Made by a program: the position numbers and the translations under genes. DNA of 62,695 nucleotides, the filler included. It is 7 parts of 7 records of this genome, joined end to end, with 100 filler letters (N's around TTAATTAATTAA, not from the genome) between each part and the next. Parts side by side here need not be neighbours in the genome. Positions count along the whole stretch, not along the records: positions 1 to 9,109 come from SRR31156797_25213; positions 9,210 to 15,636 come from SRR31156797_25221; 5 more parts are not named here. One strand, given 5' to 3'. Of this stretch, positions 1 to 10,442 are shown piece by piece. Within the stretch, counting starts at the first letter, position 1, and each line of letters opens with the position of its first letter. The notes beneath the pieces are model-generated. The model saw nothing but the letters and a program-made list of their open reading frames with translations, was not told where the DNA came from and did not search any database.

Positions 1-678
1 TCTGATATTACGTCCTTCACGACCAATAATGCGACCTTTAATATCGTCATTATCTATATTAAATACAGTAACTGAATTTTCAATAGCTTCTTCAGTTGCC
101 ACACGTTGAATTGTCTGAATAACAATTCTTTTGGCTTCCTTGTTAGCGGTCATTTTAGCTTCTTCCATTATGTCATTAATGTATGACATAGCCTCTGTGC
201 GTGCTTCAGCTTTTAATGACTCAATGAGTTGTGCTTTGGCATCCTCAACAGATAGACCACTTATTGCTTCAAGCTGTTCAACCTGGTCTTTGTGCATTTT
301 CTCAACCTCAGATTCGCGTTTTTCAAGCAAATCCATCTGTGCAGTTAGGTTCTGCTTAATGGCTTCTAATTCTCTGTTTTTACGATTGAGTTCTTCGGAG
401 CGTTGCGAGAAATTACTTTCTTTTTGTTTTAGTTTTTGCTCCGCTTGATTGATTTTCGAGTTTTTCTCATTGATATATTTCTCATGCTCATTTTTTAGTT
501 CGAGAAATTTATCTTTGGCCTGTAGAATCTTGTCTTTTTTTAGAAGTTCTGCCTCAGCACGACCTTCATCGATAATTTTATCTTTTCTTTTGCGCAGCAT
601 CACATTCCAAAGGAATAGAGAGAGTGATGTACCTAAAAGAAATGATATTATCAGGTATACAATTGTTAGTATTTCCAT
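1..678 (-). CDS. rny: Ribonuclease Y, 5' part (runs off the window)
   Basis: Manual translation from ATG at 678: N-terminal TM helix, coiled coil, then the KH motif [16 protein letters not shown] at the edge. Not in the ORF track because it has no stop in the window. Confidence 0.93.
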   Translation of the reverse strand, partial: MEILTIVYLIISFLLGTSLSLFLWNVMLRKRKDKIIDEGRAEAELLKKDKILQAKDKFLELKNEHEKYINEKNSKINQAEQKLKQKESNFSQRSEELNRKNRELEAIKQNLTAQMDLLEKRESEVEKMHKDQVEQLEAISGLSVEDAKAQLIESLKAEARTEAMSYINDIMEEAKMTANKEAKRIVIQTIQRVATEEAIENSVTVFNIDNDDIKGRIIGREGRNIR

Positions 679-727
679 TTCTTATAGTGTTAAATATGTA
701 TTGCTTATAAATATTTTCATAAAAAAA

Positions 728-917
728 CCCGCATTAAAACTATTGCTTTTTAGTAAAAAATCCATTTCTGACATGGAAGGCGCTGCGATCACGGGTTAGA
801 CTTCCACTGTCTCCGAAGAGATCCCGACGAGCGGGTTGAGGCCTGTCTTTGCCAAAATCAGCTTGACGCCAATTTACGTAGTGTTGATTTTTCAAAAGTC
901 AACTAGATTAATGCGGG
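728..917 (-). ncRNA. ssrS: Probable 6S RNA
   Basis: ~190-nt intergenic segment closed by the terminal stem CCCGCATTAA...TTAATGCGGG, between zapA and rny, the usual 6S position. Ends approximate. Confidence 0.75.
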
Positions 918-945
918 CAAAATCTTTATGTTAAAGAACCTTTGT

Positions 946-1242
946 CTATTTTTCTAAAGCTGCATCGAGCTTTTGACTGATATCTTGCAGAAAATCCGTG
1001 TACTTGTTAACTCCTTCACCCTCATCAATGTCTGAGAGTTTAGTTACAAATTGCAATGCTGCCATTGCCAAAAAATCCTGCGCATCTTTATCTGAATAAA
1101 CTTTACGATATTGAAATACCGTGTCGTTTATCTTTTTTGCAGCGTTGCGCACTTTTGCTTCATCAGCTCGCTTAATTTTAAGCGGATAGTATCGGTCTGC
1201 AATATTTACTCTTATTGTAAATGTTTCACTCAATTCACTCAT
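946..1242 (-). CDS. zapA: Cell division protein ZapA
   Basis: IRVNIADRYYPLKI...VRNAAKKIN...QDFLAMAAL pattern; zapA-6S-rny synteny. Confidence 0.9.
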   Translation of the reverse strand: MSELSETFTIRVNIADRYYPLKIKRADEAKVRNAAKKINDTVFQYRKVYSDKDAQDFLAMAALQFVTKLSDIDEGEGVNKYTDFLQDISQKLDAALEK

Positions 1243-1243
1243 A

Positions 1244-1537
1244 TCAGCGATTTAATAGCGCAATGCATTGATCAACTTCCCGCATAATTGCGTTGATTTT
1301 TGCCTTTGCTTCTTTTTTCCCTTCAGGAGTTTCTCCTAAGGAACGGGCAACTTTCAATGTTTCAAAGCGCTCCTGTAATGCATTATACTCTGCATTACGC
1401 TTATCCAATCTTGACTTTATTTCTTCTATTTCGCTGGTCAACATCGCATTAGCCTCTAAACACATTTCATAAGAACTAATTAATTGATCCAGTTTGTCTT
1501 GTACCTCATCTAAAATGTGGTCCTTATTTTCTGCCAT
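1244..1537 (-). CDS. ZapB-like coiled-coil protein
   Basis: 97-aa coiled coil ending REVDQCIALLNR, directly upstream of zapA as is typical in Bacteroidota. Confidence 0.75.
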   Translation of the reverse strand: MAENKDHILDEVQDKLDQLISSYEMCLEANAMLTSEIEEIKSRLDKRNAEYNALQERFETLKVARSLGETPEGKKEAKAKINAIMREVDQCIALLNR

Positions 1538-1558
1538 TTACGATTGGGTTTAATATTA

Positions 1559-1566
1559 CAAAATTA
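1559..1566 (-). promoter_or_regulatory. Bacteroidota sigma-A -7 element (TAnnTTTG)
   Basis: TAATTTTG on the minus strand about 20 nt upstream of the ATG at 1537. Confidence 0.5.
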
Positions 1567-1776
1567 AAATAAGATACCTAAAAGCCAAAATTATTATTGC
1601 GAATATTTTTTTCTTTTCCTCTCGTTTTTAAAGCATCAAAAAGCCACTATATTTGTTTCTTTTACGTATAAATTATCAAATTTGTTTAAATATTGACTTA
1701 ATTACTATCAGGAAATTATACATTTTTAGTAATAGCGCGAATATTTAACACATTTAGAATTAGTTACGAAAGAATT

Positions 1777-3528
1777 ATGCAAAGACGTTTTATACTTTTA
1801 CCCATTATTTTAATTATTGCTGTTTTTTCTATAAAGGCTCAACCAACCGTAAAGAAAGAAAGTCCATTTCGCTCACCGGTTGATTTTGAAATTTTGCTAA
1901 GTGGTAACTTTGCCGAGTTAAGAGGTTCTCACTTTCATACAGGTATTGATATAAAAACAAAAGGAACAATTGGTCATAATATCTATGCTATCGCTGATGG
2001 GTATATATCCAGAATTAAAGTTTCACCTTTTGGTTATGGAAATGCATTATATATTAGACATGACAATGGTTATACATCTGTTTATGGGCACCTTGATCGT
2101 TTTAATATTCAAATAGAGCAATTTGTAAGAAGTAAACAATATGATTTAAAGCGATTTGCAGTAAACTTATATCCAGAAGCGAATGCCATTAAGGTAAAGA
2201 AAGGTGATGTGATAGGATTGAGTGGAAACTCAGGTGGCAGTTTGGGGCCGCATTTGCATTTTGAAATTAGAGATACAAAATCAGAGAAGCCTCAAAATCC
2301 ATTGTTTTGGAATTTTGGAATCAAAGATAATATACCACCCAGATTTCATCATTTAATAATTAATCCTACTTCAAAATTTGCTAGTGTAGACGGAAAAACC
2401 GATAGGGTGATTTATGCGCTGGAAAGAGAAAATTCAAATTATTTTGTTAAAGATAAGGCAGTGATTAATGTGAGCGATACCATTGGTATTGTGGCTCAGG
2501 TAAACGATTATTTCAACTATACTTATAATCGCTGTGGTGTTTATGAGTTGAAATTATATGTGGATGATGAGTTGTATTATCATTTGAAGATGGATGATTT
2601 AAATTTCGCTGAAAACAGATACATTTTAAGTCATATTGACTATGAGCTAAAGCTGAATTCAAAAATAAATGCCCATAAATGCTATGTGGATGAAGGAAAC
2701 CATTTTAGCGCTTATGAATTTGTGAAGGGGGATGGTAGATTATATATAGAACCTGGCCAGAAAAAAAATGTAAAAATTGTTGCAACTGATGTGAAAGGGA
2801 ATAAAGCAAATCTTAAGTTCGCCTTGCTTGGTGTAGAGCCGCTTAAAGATATAGTGGTTAACAATTATGAAAAAGTATTAGAGCCGGGTGTTGTGGATAC
2901 TTTTGTAAGAGAGGAGGTTAGTCTTAAGTTTCCTGAAAAAGCATTGTATAATAAGGTTTATTTTGAATATGAGAAAGAACCTGCGTTAAGTTTTCTATAC
3001 AGTAATATCCACAAGATTCACAATCATAAGGTGCCTCTTCATCAACGATACAGTATTTCTTTAAAAACCCATGAGATACCTTTTAAATATCGGGATAAGT
3101 TATACCTGGCCAGCGTAAATGAAGAGAATGAGATTTCTACTGCCAGTTCAAATGTTGAATATAATGAGGGATGGTTAACTACTCGAATTAGATCATTTGG
3201 AAGATTTGCTGTTGCAATTGATACAGTTCGTCCTGAAATTGTGCCCATAAATATAGCTGAGAATAAAAACATGGCCAGCGAGTCTCTTATTTCTTTTAAA
3301 ATCACAGATGACGAAGCAGGGATTGATAATTACAACGGATATATAAATGGCAACTGGGTACTTTTTCAATATGATGCTAAAAATGACTTGATATTCTATG
3401 AGTTTGATGAGTTTATGCCACGGGCTGACAACTATATGCTGAAACTTATTGTAACGGATAATAAGAAAAATACTGCGGTAAAAACTATTTCTTTTGTAAG
3501 ACCAGAAATACAATCAAAGAACAATTAG
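1777..3528 (+). CDS. M23 family metallopeptidase, secreted
   Basis: Signal peptide; HTGID (HxxxD), YGHL and HLHFE zinc motifs. Confidence 0.9.
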   Translation: MQRRFILLPIILIIAVFSIKAQPTVKKESPFRSPVDFEILLSGNFAELRGSHFHTGIDIKTKGTIGHNIYAIADGYISRIKVSPFGYGNALYIRHDNGYTSVYGHLDRFNIQIEQFVRSKQYDLKRFAVNLYPEANAIKVKKGDVIGLSGNSGGSLGPHLHFEIRDTKSEKPQNPLFWNFGIKDNIPPRFHHLIINPTSKFASVDGKTDRVIYALERENSNYFVKDKAVINVSDTIGIVAQVNDYFNYTYNRCGVYELKLYVDDELYYHLKMDDLNFAENRYILSHIDYELKLNSKINAHKCYVDEGNHFSAYEFVKGDGRLYIEPGQKKNVKIVATDVKGNKANLKFALLGVEPLKDIVVNNYEKVLEPGVVDTFVREEVSLKFPEKALYNKVYFEYEKEPALSFLYSNIHKIHNHKVPLHQRYSISLKTHEIPFKYRDKLYLASVNEENEISTASSNVEYNEGWLTTRIRSFGRFAVAIDTVRPEIVPINIAENKNMASESLISFKITDDEAGIDNYNGYINGNWVLFQYDAKNDLIFYEFDEFMPRADNYMLKLIVTDNKKNTAVKTISFVRPEIQSKNN

Positions 3529-3529
3529 T

Positions 3530-4597
3530 ATGAGTGTTTTTAAGGTTTTAAGTTTAATGTCGGGGACTTCTTTGGATGGCCTTGACCTGGCTTTATGTTC
3601 ATTTGATATTACTAACGGTAAGATTAACTATGAAATTGAAAAAGCAGATACTTTGCCTTATAGTACAACCTGGTTAAGCAAATTGCAAAATGCACATTTA
3701 TTAGGCGGAGAAGAACTTTTATTGCTCAATCAGCAATATGGGGTATATCTAGGGGAGTTGGTTAATGAGTTTTTATCCAATCATAATATTTCAAAAGATG
3801 AAGTTGATCTGGTTAGTTCGCATGGCCATACAATTTTTCATCAGCCGGATAAGGGTTTTACCTATCAGTTGGGAAGTGGTGCAACATTGGCTGCGACATG
3901 TCAAATTGAAACTGTATGTGATTTTAGGACGCAAGATGTTGTGTTAGGTGGTCAGGGAGCTCCTTTGGTACCAATTGGAGATAAACTCCTTTTTAGTGAC
4001 TACGACTATTGTTTAAATATCGGAGGAATTGCCAATATTAGTTTTGAAGAGAACAATCAACGTGTGGCGTGGGATATTTGTCCCGCAAATATGGTTTTAA
4101 ACTATTTCTCTCAAAAAGAGGGAAGGTCTTATGATGCTTGTGGCCAATTAGCTTCATCAGGGGAAGTTATTAATGACTTGCTGAGTCAGTTAAATAGTCT
4201 TGAGTTTTATGATTTGAAACCACCCAAAACACTTGGCCGAGAATGGGTATTTGAAACTATTATTCCATTAATTGAGCAACAAAACATCAATACTCCTGAC
4301 ATACTTGCCACATTTACTGAGCATATAGCTATTCAGATATCAAAAGTAATTGGAAATAACCCTGTAAAGTCTCTTTTAATAACAGGAGGAGGTGCTTTTA
4401 ACAAATATTTGGTTGAACGCATCAACAAACTATCTGATGTAACCGTTAAACTACCAGATAATATAACCATTGATTTTAAAGAAGCTTTGATTTTTGCTCT
4501 TTTGGGCTATTTGCATCAAAATGGTCAGATAAACATTCTTAGTTCAGTTACCGGAGCTTCTAAAGATCATATTTCAGGTGTATTATTTCGTTCCTAA
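3530..4597 (+). CDS. anmK: Anhydro-N-acetylmuramic acid kinase
   Basis: LMSGTSLDGLD, SHGHTIFHQP, GGQGAPLVP, NIGGIAN, KEALIFA motifs. Confidence 0.95.
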   Translation: MSVFKVLSLMSGTSLDGLDLALCSFDITNGKINYEIEKADTLPYSTTWLSKLQNAHLLGGEELLLLNQQYGVYLGELVNEFLSNHNISKDEVDLVSSHGHTIFHQPDKGFTYQLGSGATLAATCQIETVCDFRTQDVVLGGQGAPLVPIGDKLLFSDYDYCLNIGGIANISFEENNQRVAWDICPANMVLNYFSQKEGRSYDACGQLASSGEVINDLLSQLNSLEFYDLKPPKTLGREWVFETIIPLIEQQNINTPDILATFTEHIAIQISKVIGNNPVKSLLITGGGAFNKYLVERINKLSDVTVKLPDNITIDFKEALIFALLGYLHQNGQINILSSVTGASKDHISGVLFRS

Positions 4598-4628
4598 TAT
4601 TTTGTTTTAATTCTTAAACTATTATTCT

Positions 4629-5780
4629 ATGGAAAATTTTGTTGCATATAATCCTGTCAAATTACATTTCGGAAAAGGTGTTGTAGATACCTTAGGCACT
4701 GAAGCCACGCAATATGGAAATAAAGCTTTGCTGATGTATGGTAAGGGATCCAGCGTAAAAAATGGATACTATGATGAAGTTCTTAAGCAGTTAAAAGGTG
4801 CTGGAATTGAGGTGGTTGAATACAATGGTATCAAGTCAAATCCGGTTTACGAAGATGTGGAAGAAGCCGTTGCCTTAGCTCGTAAAAATAATGTGGAATT
4901 AATCGTTGCCCTTGGTGGCGGTAGTGTAATTGATAGCGCTAAAATTGCCAGTTTATGCATACCGGACAATTTGAATCCCTGGCATGTAATGACACGCCAA
5001 CAATTACCTGAGAATGCAACTCCTTTGATTACAGTACTAACCCTGGCTGCAACAGGTACAGAGATGAATGCAGCAGCGGTATTACAAAACCATAAAACAG
5101 GGCAAAAAATTGGGTTTGTGCATCCTTTGGCATATCCGAAACAATCATTTCTTGATCCTACTTATACTTTTAGTGTGCCTAAAAATTATACGGCCTATGG
5201 TGTGGTTGATATGATTGCCCACGCCCTTGAAGCTTATTTTGGTGTTGGAGAATCAAGGTTAACTGATAAGTTTATTGTGTCAATTATACAAGAAGCGATG
5301 CATTATGGTCCATTAGTTTTAAAAGAGCCTGAAAATTATGACTATCGTGCTAATTTGATGTGGACAGGTACGACTGCTTTGAATGGAATGACCAATTGGG
5401 GTAAAAAATATGGAGATTGGGGAGTGCATAGCCTTGGTCACGAACTATCATTGCAATACGATGTGCCCCACGGGGCTAGCCTTTCAATTGCATATCCCGC
5501 ATGGATGAAACTTCAATTAGAAAAGGCAGGACATAAAATTGCTGCGCTTGGACAAGCATTATGGGGAGAAAGTAGCGTACGAGGAACTATCCGGAATTTT
5601 GAGAACTTTTTTGAAAGTATTGAATCGCCAATTCGTTTGCAGCAAGCTGCAATTGATGTGGATAAACGAGAAAATATCATTAGAGGTTTAAATGCAAATA
5701 AAGCAAGCGGATTCTCTTATCCTATGAATGATGAAGAAAGACAAAGAGTAGTAGATTATATGTATGAAGGTGCATTATAA
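4629..5780 (+). CDS. Iron-containing alcohol dehydrogenase (butanol dehydrogenase/YqhD-like)
   Basis: GGGSVID, TLAATGTE, H..GH...HG metal ligands. Confidence 0.9.
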   Translation: MENFVAYNPVKLHFGKGVVDTLGTEATQYGNKALLMYGKGSSVKNGYYDEVLKQLKGAGIEVVEYNGIKSNPVYEDVEEAVALARKNNVELIVALGGGSVIDSAKIASLCIPDNLNPWHVMTRQQLPENATPLITVLTLAATGTEMNAAAVLQNHKTGQKIGFVHPLAYPKQSFLDPTYTFSVPKNYTAYGVVDMIAHALEAYFGVGESRLTDKFIVSIIQEAMHYGPLVLKEPENYDYRANLMWTGTTALNGMTNWGKKYGDWGVHSLGHELSLQYDVPHGASLSIAYPAWMKLQLEKAGHKIAALGQALWGESSVRGTIRNFENFFESIESPIRLQQAAIDVDKRENIIRGLNANKASGFSYPMNDEERQRVVDYMYEGAL

Positions 5781-5785
5781 AATAT

Positions 5786-5813
5786 AAAAAGGGGCCTTAT
5801 CGCCCCTTTTTTT
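5786..5813. terminator. Bidirectional rho-independent terminator
   Basis: AAAAA-GGGGC-cttatc-GCCCC-TTTTTTT between convergent genes. Confidence 0.8.
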
Positions 5814-6639
5814 ATTGTTTCATTTTTTGTTCTCTTTCTTCTTTTTCTTTTAGTGCTCTTCGCTTATCAAATTTCAGTATTATATAAAGCACTCCGCCTA
5901 TAATGATAAGAAATGGCCAGATATTTAATATTCCCACTAGAACCTCTAGTAACATATTCCAACCTCGAGTGAATGCTTTACCAGCTTTTCTTCCTAAGCC
6001 TGCTGCTTGTTCAATAGTTTGGTAGAAGGTGATGCGCAATTCAGAAAAACTAACCTGTTTTTGTAGTTGTTTAAAACGGCTTTCAATAGATTCTATATCA
6101 CTTCTAACTTTTTCAAGTTCATTTTCAATGGTAAGCATATCTTCAACAGTTTCAGCCTTTTTAAGCAATGCATGATACCTTTCTTCCATTACTTTTTTTG
6201 ACTTTAACCGTGCTTCAATATCATAGTATTTTCCGGTAACATCTTCAATAGCAATGTTTTGATAGTCGATATTATCAATTTGGCTGGTAAGTTTGTTGAT
6301 GAAAGCATCAAAATCCTTTGAGGGAATACGGGCTTCCATTTCATATTCAATCTTGTCATCGTATTGGTTCACATTGTCTGTTCCCAGAAATCCATCGAAT
6401 TCAGTTACCAGCTCAGCGATTTTCTGTCGACTCTTTGCAGCATCTGCGGTTTCAAATCTCAAAGCGCCTTTTTTTACTAGTTTTCTATTATCAATGGTTT
6501 GATTAGCTTGATTATCGGCAGTTGCTTCTTTATACTCTTGAGGGCTTTCAGTGCCAGATGGCAACATAGAATCTGAACCGCCTGAACATGAAACCATTAG
6601 AATGGCAGAAATAATGATGATGGTTATTTTTCGTGTCAT
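5812..6639 (-). CDS. DUF4349-like lipoprotein
   Basis: Lipobox MVSC; RKLVKKG, RIPS..F, EDVT..Y.D..ARL, coiled coil and C-terminal TM helix. Confidence 0.8.
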   Translation of the reverse strand: MTRKITIIIISAILMVSCSGGSDSMLPSGTESPQEYKEATADNQANQTIDNRKLVKKGALRFETADAAKSRQKIAELVTEFDGFLGTDNVNQYDDKIEYEMEARIPSKDFDAFINKLTSQIDNIDYQNIAIEDVTGKYYDIEARLKSKKVMEERYHALLKKAETVEDMLTIENELEKVRSDIESIESRFKQLQKQVSFSELRITFYQTIEQAAGLGRKAGKAFTRGWNMLLEVLVGILNIWPFLIIIGGVLYIILKFDKRRALKEKEEREQKMKQ

Positions 6640-6843
6640 AGTTGGTGGGTTTTATTTCTTTTATGACTTATTAATTGACTATTGGTTTAATTAAATATAC
6701 AAAAATAACGTCCTATAATTCAATGTTTAAGCTTATTTAGATTCATTATTGTGAAATTTTTAACATATTTGGTACATGATTCGCTGGTGTATTGGACGAA
6801 ATGTCATTATTGGTTATCTTTATGCCAATTTTAAACTGCACAA

Positions 6844-7422
6844 ATGGACATTAAAAGAATAATTCAAGCATCTATCAGTACAAAAGAAAAGCTTTTGGCT
6901 GATCAGGATCTATTAAATCGCATTCAGGAAGCATCAGAAGCAATAGTTCAATGTTATCAAAATAGTGGCAAAGTATTATTGTGTGGAAACGGTGGAAGTG
7001 CTGCAGATGCACAACATATTGCAGCAGAGTTTTCAGGTCGTTTTTATTATGATAGACCACCTTTATTTGCAGAAGCATTACATGTGAATACTTCTTATAT
7101 GACGGCTGTTGCAAATGATTATAGTTACGATGAGGTGTATGCGCGCTATGTGAAAGCTGCCGGTCAAAAGGGAGATGTTTTAATTGGATTATCAACATCA
7201 GGAAATTCTGGAAATGTAGTGAGAGCAATGGAGGAAGCCGAGAAGTTAGGGATGAAGGTAATTGCTTTTACTGGCGAAACAGGAGGTAAAATGAAAGACA
7301 TTGCAGACATTTTGTTGAATATGCCTTCAAAGGATACACCCAGAATTCAGGAGAGTCATATTTTAGTAGGTCATATTATTTGTGAATGGGTTGAACGTTC
7401 AATTTTTCCAAAACAGAATTAA
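6844..7422 (+). CDS. gmhA: D-sedoheptulose 7-phosphate isomerase
   Basis: CGNGGSAADAQH, STSGNS, TPRIQESH motifs. Confidence 0.95.
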   Translation: MDIKRIIQASISTKEKLLADQDLLNRIQEASEAIVQCYQNSGKVLLCGNGGSAADAQHIAAEFSGRFYYDRPPLFAEALHVNTSYMTAVANDYSYDEVYARYVKAAGQKGDVLIGLSTSGNSGNVVRAMEEAEKLGMKVIAFTGETGGKMKDIADILLNMPSKDTPRIQESHILVGHIICEWVERSIFPKQN

Positions 7423-7483
7423 TTTTTTTCGATAATATATTGGCTTAACAGCCGCACTACCCGTTAATATTAAATCGCAGGAA

Positions 7484-8983
7484 ATGGAATCATTAGAAAG
7501 TTACTTTAAGCAGTTTCGGAACAATATTGTTGGAATCGATGCTGAATTTGAGTCTCCATATGGCAGACAAAAGATGGTTTATGCTGATTGGATTGCCAGT
7601 GGTCGTTTGTATAGACCAATCGAAGAGCGCATTCTTCACAATTTTGGGCCCATGGTTGGGAATACTCATTCCGAATCGAGCGAAACTGGTGTTACCATGA
7701 CACATGCTTATCATAAGGCACACAAAATAATTAAAGAGCATGTAAATGCTGATGAGAATGATGTAATTATTACCACTGGCTCAGGAATGACAGGTGTTGT
7801 GAATAAATTACAGCGATTGTTAGGTCTAAAGGTTCCTGAACAACTACATAAGTTTTGTGCCATATCTGATAAGAGATCAAAAAACTGCCTAAAAGAGTTG
7901 GGCGATGATCAGCCGGTTGTTTTTCTAACACATTTGGAGCATCATTCTAATCATACATCCTGGCTGGAAACTATTGCCGAGGTTGTTTTAATTGAACCCG
8001 ATGAGAATTTAATGGTAGATCCTGCCCATTTAGAAGAGCAAATACAGGAATATAAGCACCGAAAATTAATAATAGGTTCATTTTCAGGAGCTTCTAATGT
8101 TACTGGAATAAGACCAGATGTACATAAATTAGCAGCTATAATGCATAAATATGGTGGTTATTGCTTTGTTGACTATGCTGCTTCTGCTCCATATGATCCA
8201 ATAAATATGCATCCTGAAAATCCTGAGGAGAGATTGGATGCTGTAATGTTTTCACCGCATAAATTTTTAGGTGGTCCAGGTTCTTCAGGTGTTATTGTTT
8301 TCAACAAAGAGTTATGTAAAAATAAGATTCCTGATCAACCCGGAGGTGGTACAGTTTTGTGGACTAATAGATGGAATGAATTTCGCTATGTCGAAGATAT
8401 CGAAGCGCGCGAAGATGGCGGCACACCTCCATTTTTACAAGCTATTAGAGCAGCTTACAGCATAAAGCTTAAAGAACAGATGGGTGTGGAGAAAATTCAT
8501 GCCAGGGAAAAAGAGTTGGTGCAGATTGCTTTCAAAGAATTCCGTAAAATTGATAAACTCCATATTTTAGCTGATAGTGACCATGAGCGTTTAGGTGTTA
8601 TCTCATTCTATATTGAAGATTTCCACCATAATCTGATTGTTAAGCTGTTGAATGATCGCTTTGGTATTCAGGTGCGTGGAGGTTGCTCATGTGCAGGTAC
8701 TTATGGGCATTTCTTGTTGAATGTAGATATCATTACCTCGCATAAGATCACTGATATGATTAATTTGGGCGATCTTACTAAAAAGCCGGGATGGGTTAGA
8801 GCCTCATTACATCCAACAATGACAAATGATGAACTATATTATTTGGTAGATGCATTGAAACAAGTTATAGCTAATAAAGAAGAATGGGAGAAAGACTATG
8901 AGTTTTCTAAAGTTACCGGAGAATATTATCACAAAACGGCTCCTGTTCTGAATAATGACGTGGAGGGTTGGTTTAAATTGTAA
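7484..8983 (+). CDS. Class V PLP-dependent aminotransferase (cysteine desulfurase-like)
   Basis: EHHSN, SPHKFLGGPG (PLP lysine), GGTP, RGGCSCA motifs. Confidence 0.88.
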   Translation: MESLESYFKQFRNNIVGIDAEFESPYGRQKMVYADWIASGRLYRPIEERILHNFGPMVGNTHSESSETGVTMTHAYHKAHKIIKEHVNADENDVIITTGSGMTGVVNKLQRLLGLKVPEQLHKFCAISDKRSKNCLKELGDDQPVVFLTHLEHHSNHTSWLETIAEVVLIEPDENLMVDPAHLEEQIQEYKHRKLIIGSFSGASNVTGIRPDVHKLAAIMHKYGGYCFVDYAASAPYDPINMHPENPEERLDAVMFSPHKFLGGPGSSGVIVFNKELCKNKIPDQPGGGTVLWTNRWNEFRYVEDIEAREDGGTPPFLQAIRAAYSIKLKEQMGVEKIHAREKELVQIAFKEFRKIDKLHILADSDHERLGVISFYIEDFHHNLIVKLLNDRFGIQVRGGCSCAGTYGHFLLNVDIITSHKITDMINLGDLTKKPGWVRASLHPTMTNDELYYLVDALKQVIANKEEWEKDYEFSKVTGEYYHKTAPVLNNDVEGWFKL

Positions 8984-9004
8984 ACTCAACATTGAGATAT
9001 ATTC

Positions 9005-9034
9005 AAGGGCTTTGATGAATCAAGGCCCTTTTTT
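9005..9034 (+). terminator. Rho-independent terminator
   Basis: GGGCTTTGAT-ga-ATCAAGGCCC stem followed by a T tract. Confidence 0.75.
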
Positions 9035-9109
9035 GTTGATCATGGTGCAACAATCGATTTTATTCCCCGTCAATAAATTAAAAAGAGGCCGTCTCAAAAG
9101 TAAAACTTT

Positions 9110-9209
9110 NNNNNNNNNNNNNNNNNNNNNNNNNNNNNNNNNNNNNNNNNNNNTTAATTAATTAANNNNNNNNNNNNNNNNNNNNNNNNNNNNNNNNNNN
9201 NNNNNNNNN
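9110..9209. other. Artificial contig spacer
   Basis: N-run, TTAATTAATTAA, N-run; 100 nt; composition shifts sharply across it. Confidence 0.98.
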
Positions 9210-9290
9210 GTCAGCTCGTTGACGATCGGCATCGAGGGCGCCGGCGCGGCAGGTATCGTGTACATCGACGATATCCTCCTATACCCATAG
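9210..9290 (+). CDS. C-terminal fragment of a secreted protein (partial)
   Basis: Frame VSSLTIGIEGAGAAGIVYIDDILLYP*, resembling the YIDDI.LY tail of planctomycete LamG/discoidin-type proteins. Confidence 0.55.
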   Translation, partial: VSSLTIGIEGAGAAGIVYIDDILLYP

Positions 9291-9381
9291 ACCCCGAGGT
9301 CATCGACACCTTGGAAGAACGCTGAAATCGAAGGGGTTGTGAGCTTTGCTCACAGCCCCTTTTTCTTGTGACCCAGGCCGA

Positions 9382-10227
9382 TCAGCGGGGTTTCTCAGAA
9401 TCGTCGAGATAGGGCCAGTGCTGCCAGGCCCAGAGCCAGTCCTCGTTGATCTCGCGGGCGGGCAGAAGGGCTGTCTTGGGGAGGTCTTCCTTGAAGATCT
9501 GCCACGTTTCGTTGTGGACCCACTTGTGTCGCTCGGCGTGGCCGTCGGCGAAGCCGAAGGTGGCGGAGCGGCTGTGGAAGGTGGCCAGCGCATCGACCCA
9601 GCGGTCGTCGATCCAGGGGGCGAAACTCCAGCCGCCGTGATCGTAGTTGAAGCTGGGGTTCTGGAATTCGGTTTCGACGAAGACATACTTGAGACTCGCC
9701 TGCCTGATCTCGCCCAACTTCTTGGGAAAGTACCGGTGCCGCTCTTCGGTCCAGGAATGGAATCCCTTCTGGGCCGCCGAGAGGACGTCCGGGATAATGT
9801 AACTGCGGTACATGGCCTGGGTCCCGTCCAGGGCGGACTGGTAGCGGTTGTCGCCTGGACAGTGGTACACCTTCTGATCGCCCACATAGCGATACAACGC
9901 CCCTCGTTCGATGCCCCGGATGCGATCTTCGAGGAGTACCGGGCCGCTGATATAGGCACCGGAGGCGTCGATGGGAGGCAGGGCCCACATGCCGGTGTTC
10001 AGATTGCTCGTGTCCACATGGCCCCGGACAATGCGGCTGTCGTTATCGCCAGCGTACATCGTATAGGCCAGCATGAGCGACCGCTGGTTGGCCAGGCAAT
10101 TCGAGCCGCGTGCCAATTCCCGAGCGGCCCGCAGGGCGGGCATCAGAATGCCCATCAAGACGGCGATCACAGCGACGACGACCAGAAGTTCGATAAGCGT
10201 AAAGCCTCGTGTCTTGAACATGGCCAT
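9382..10227 (-). CDS. Prepilin-type N-terminal cleavage/methylation protein with H-X9-DG motif (DUF1559-like)
   Basis: RGFTLIELLVVVAVIAVLMGILMPAL, C.ANQR, YHCP, FH...FGFADGH. Confidence 0.9.
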   Translation of the reverse strand: MAMFKTRGFTLIELLVVVAVIAVLMGILMPALRAARELARGSNCLANQRSLMLAYTMYAGDNDSRIVRGHVDTSNLNTGMWALPPIDASGAYISGPVLLEDRIRGIERGALYRYVGDQKVYHCPGDNRYQSALDGTQAMYRSYIIPDVLSAAQKGFHSWTEERHRYFPKKLGEIRQASLKYVFVETEFQNPSFNYDHGGWSFAPWIDDRWVDALATFHSRSATFGFADGHAERHKWVHNETWQIFKEDLPKTALLPAREINEDWLWAWQHWPYLDDSEKPR

Positions 10228-10442
10228 TCTCCTTCACGAATCCGGTGCGTCAATTATACCACCTGCCGGCCAAAGACCTACCACTTCCTCAGCATTTCCT
10301 CTTAGGGTCGCCGTCACAATTCGGCCCCGGCGGCCAGAGACCTCAAGCGGCGTGGTGGATTTTTCATCTTGGGTAGACGAAAATGGCCGGTCCGATTGTG
10401 TTACGAGTGAAGGACGATCGTTTTTCGGTTCTCTGGAGAGCC

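Noticed and set aside
9085-9109. GAGGCCGTCTCAAAAG at the contig end as an IS terminus (similarly TTGTTTCAGAGGCCC near 59660)
   Set aside because: Single short ends with no partner or transposase; cannot be supported.
9110-9209. Recurring TTAATTAATTAA inside N-runs as a biological repeat
   Set aside because: Identical 100-nt linker with stops in all six frames at six places; an assembly concatenation spacer.
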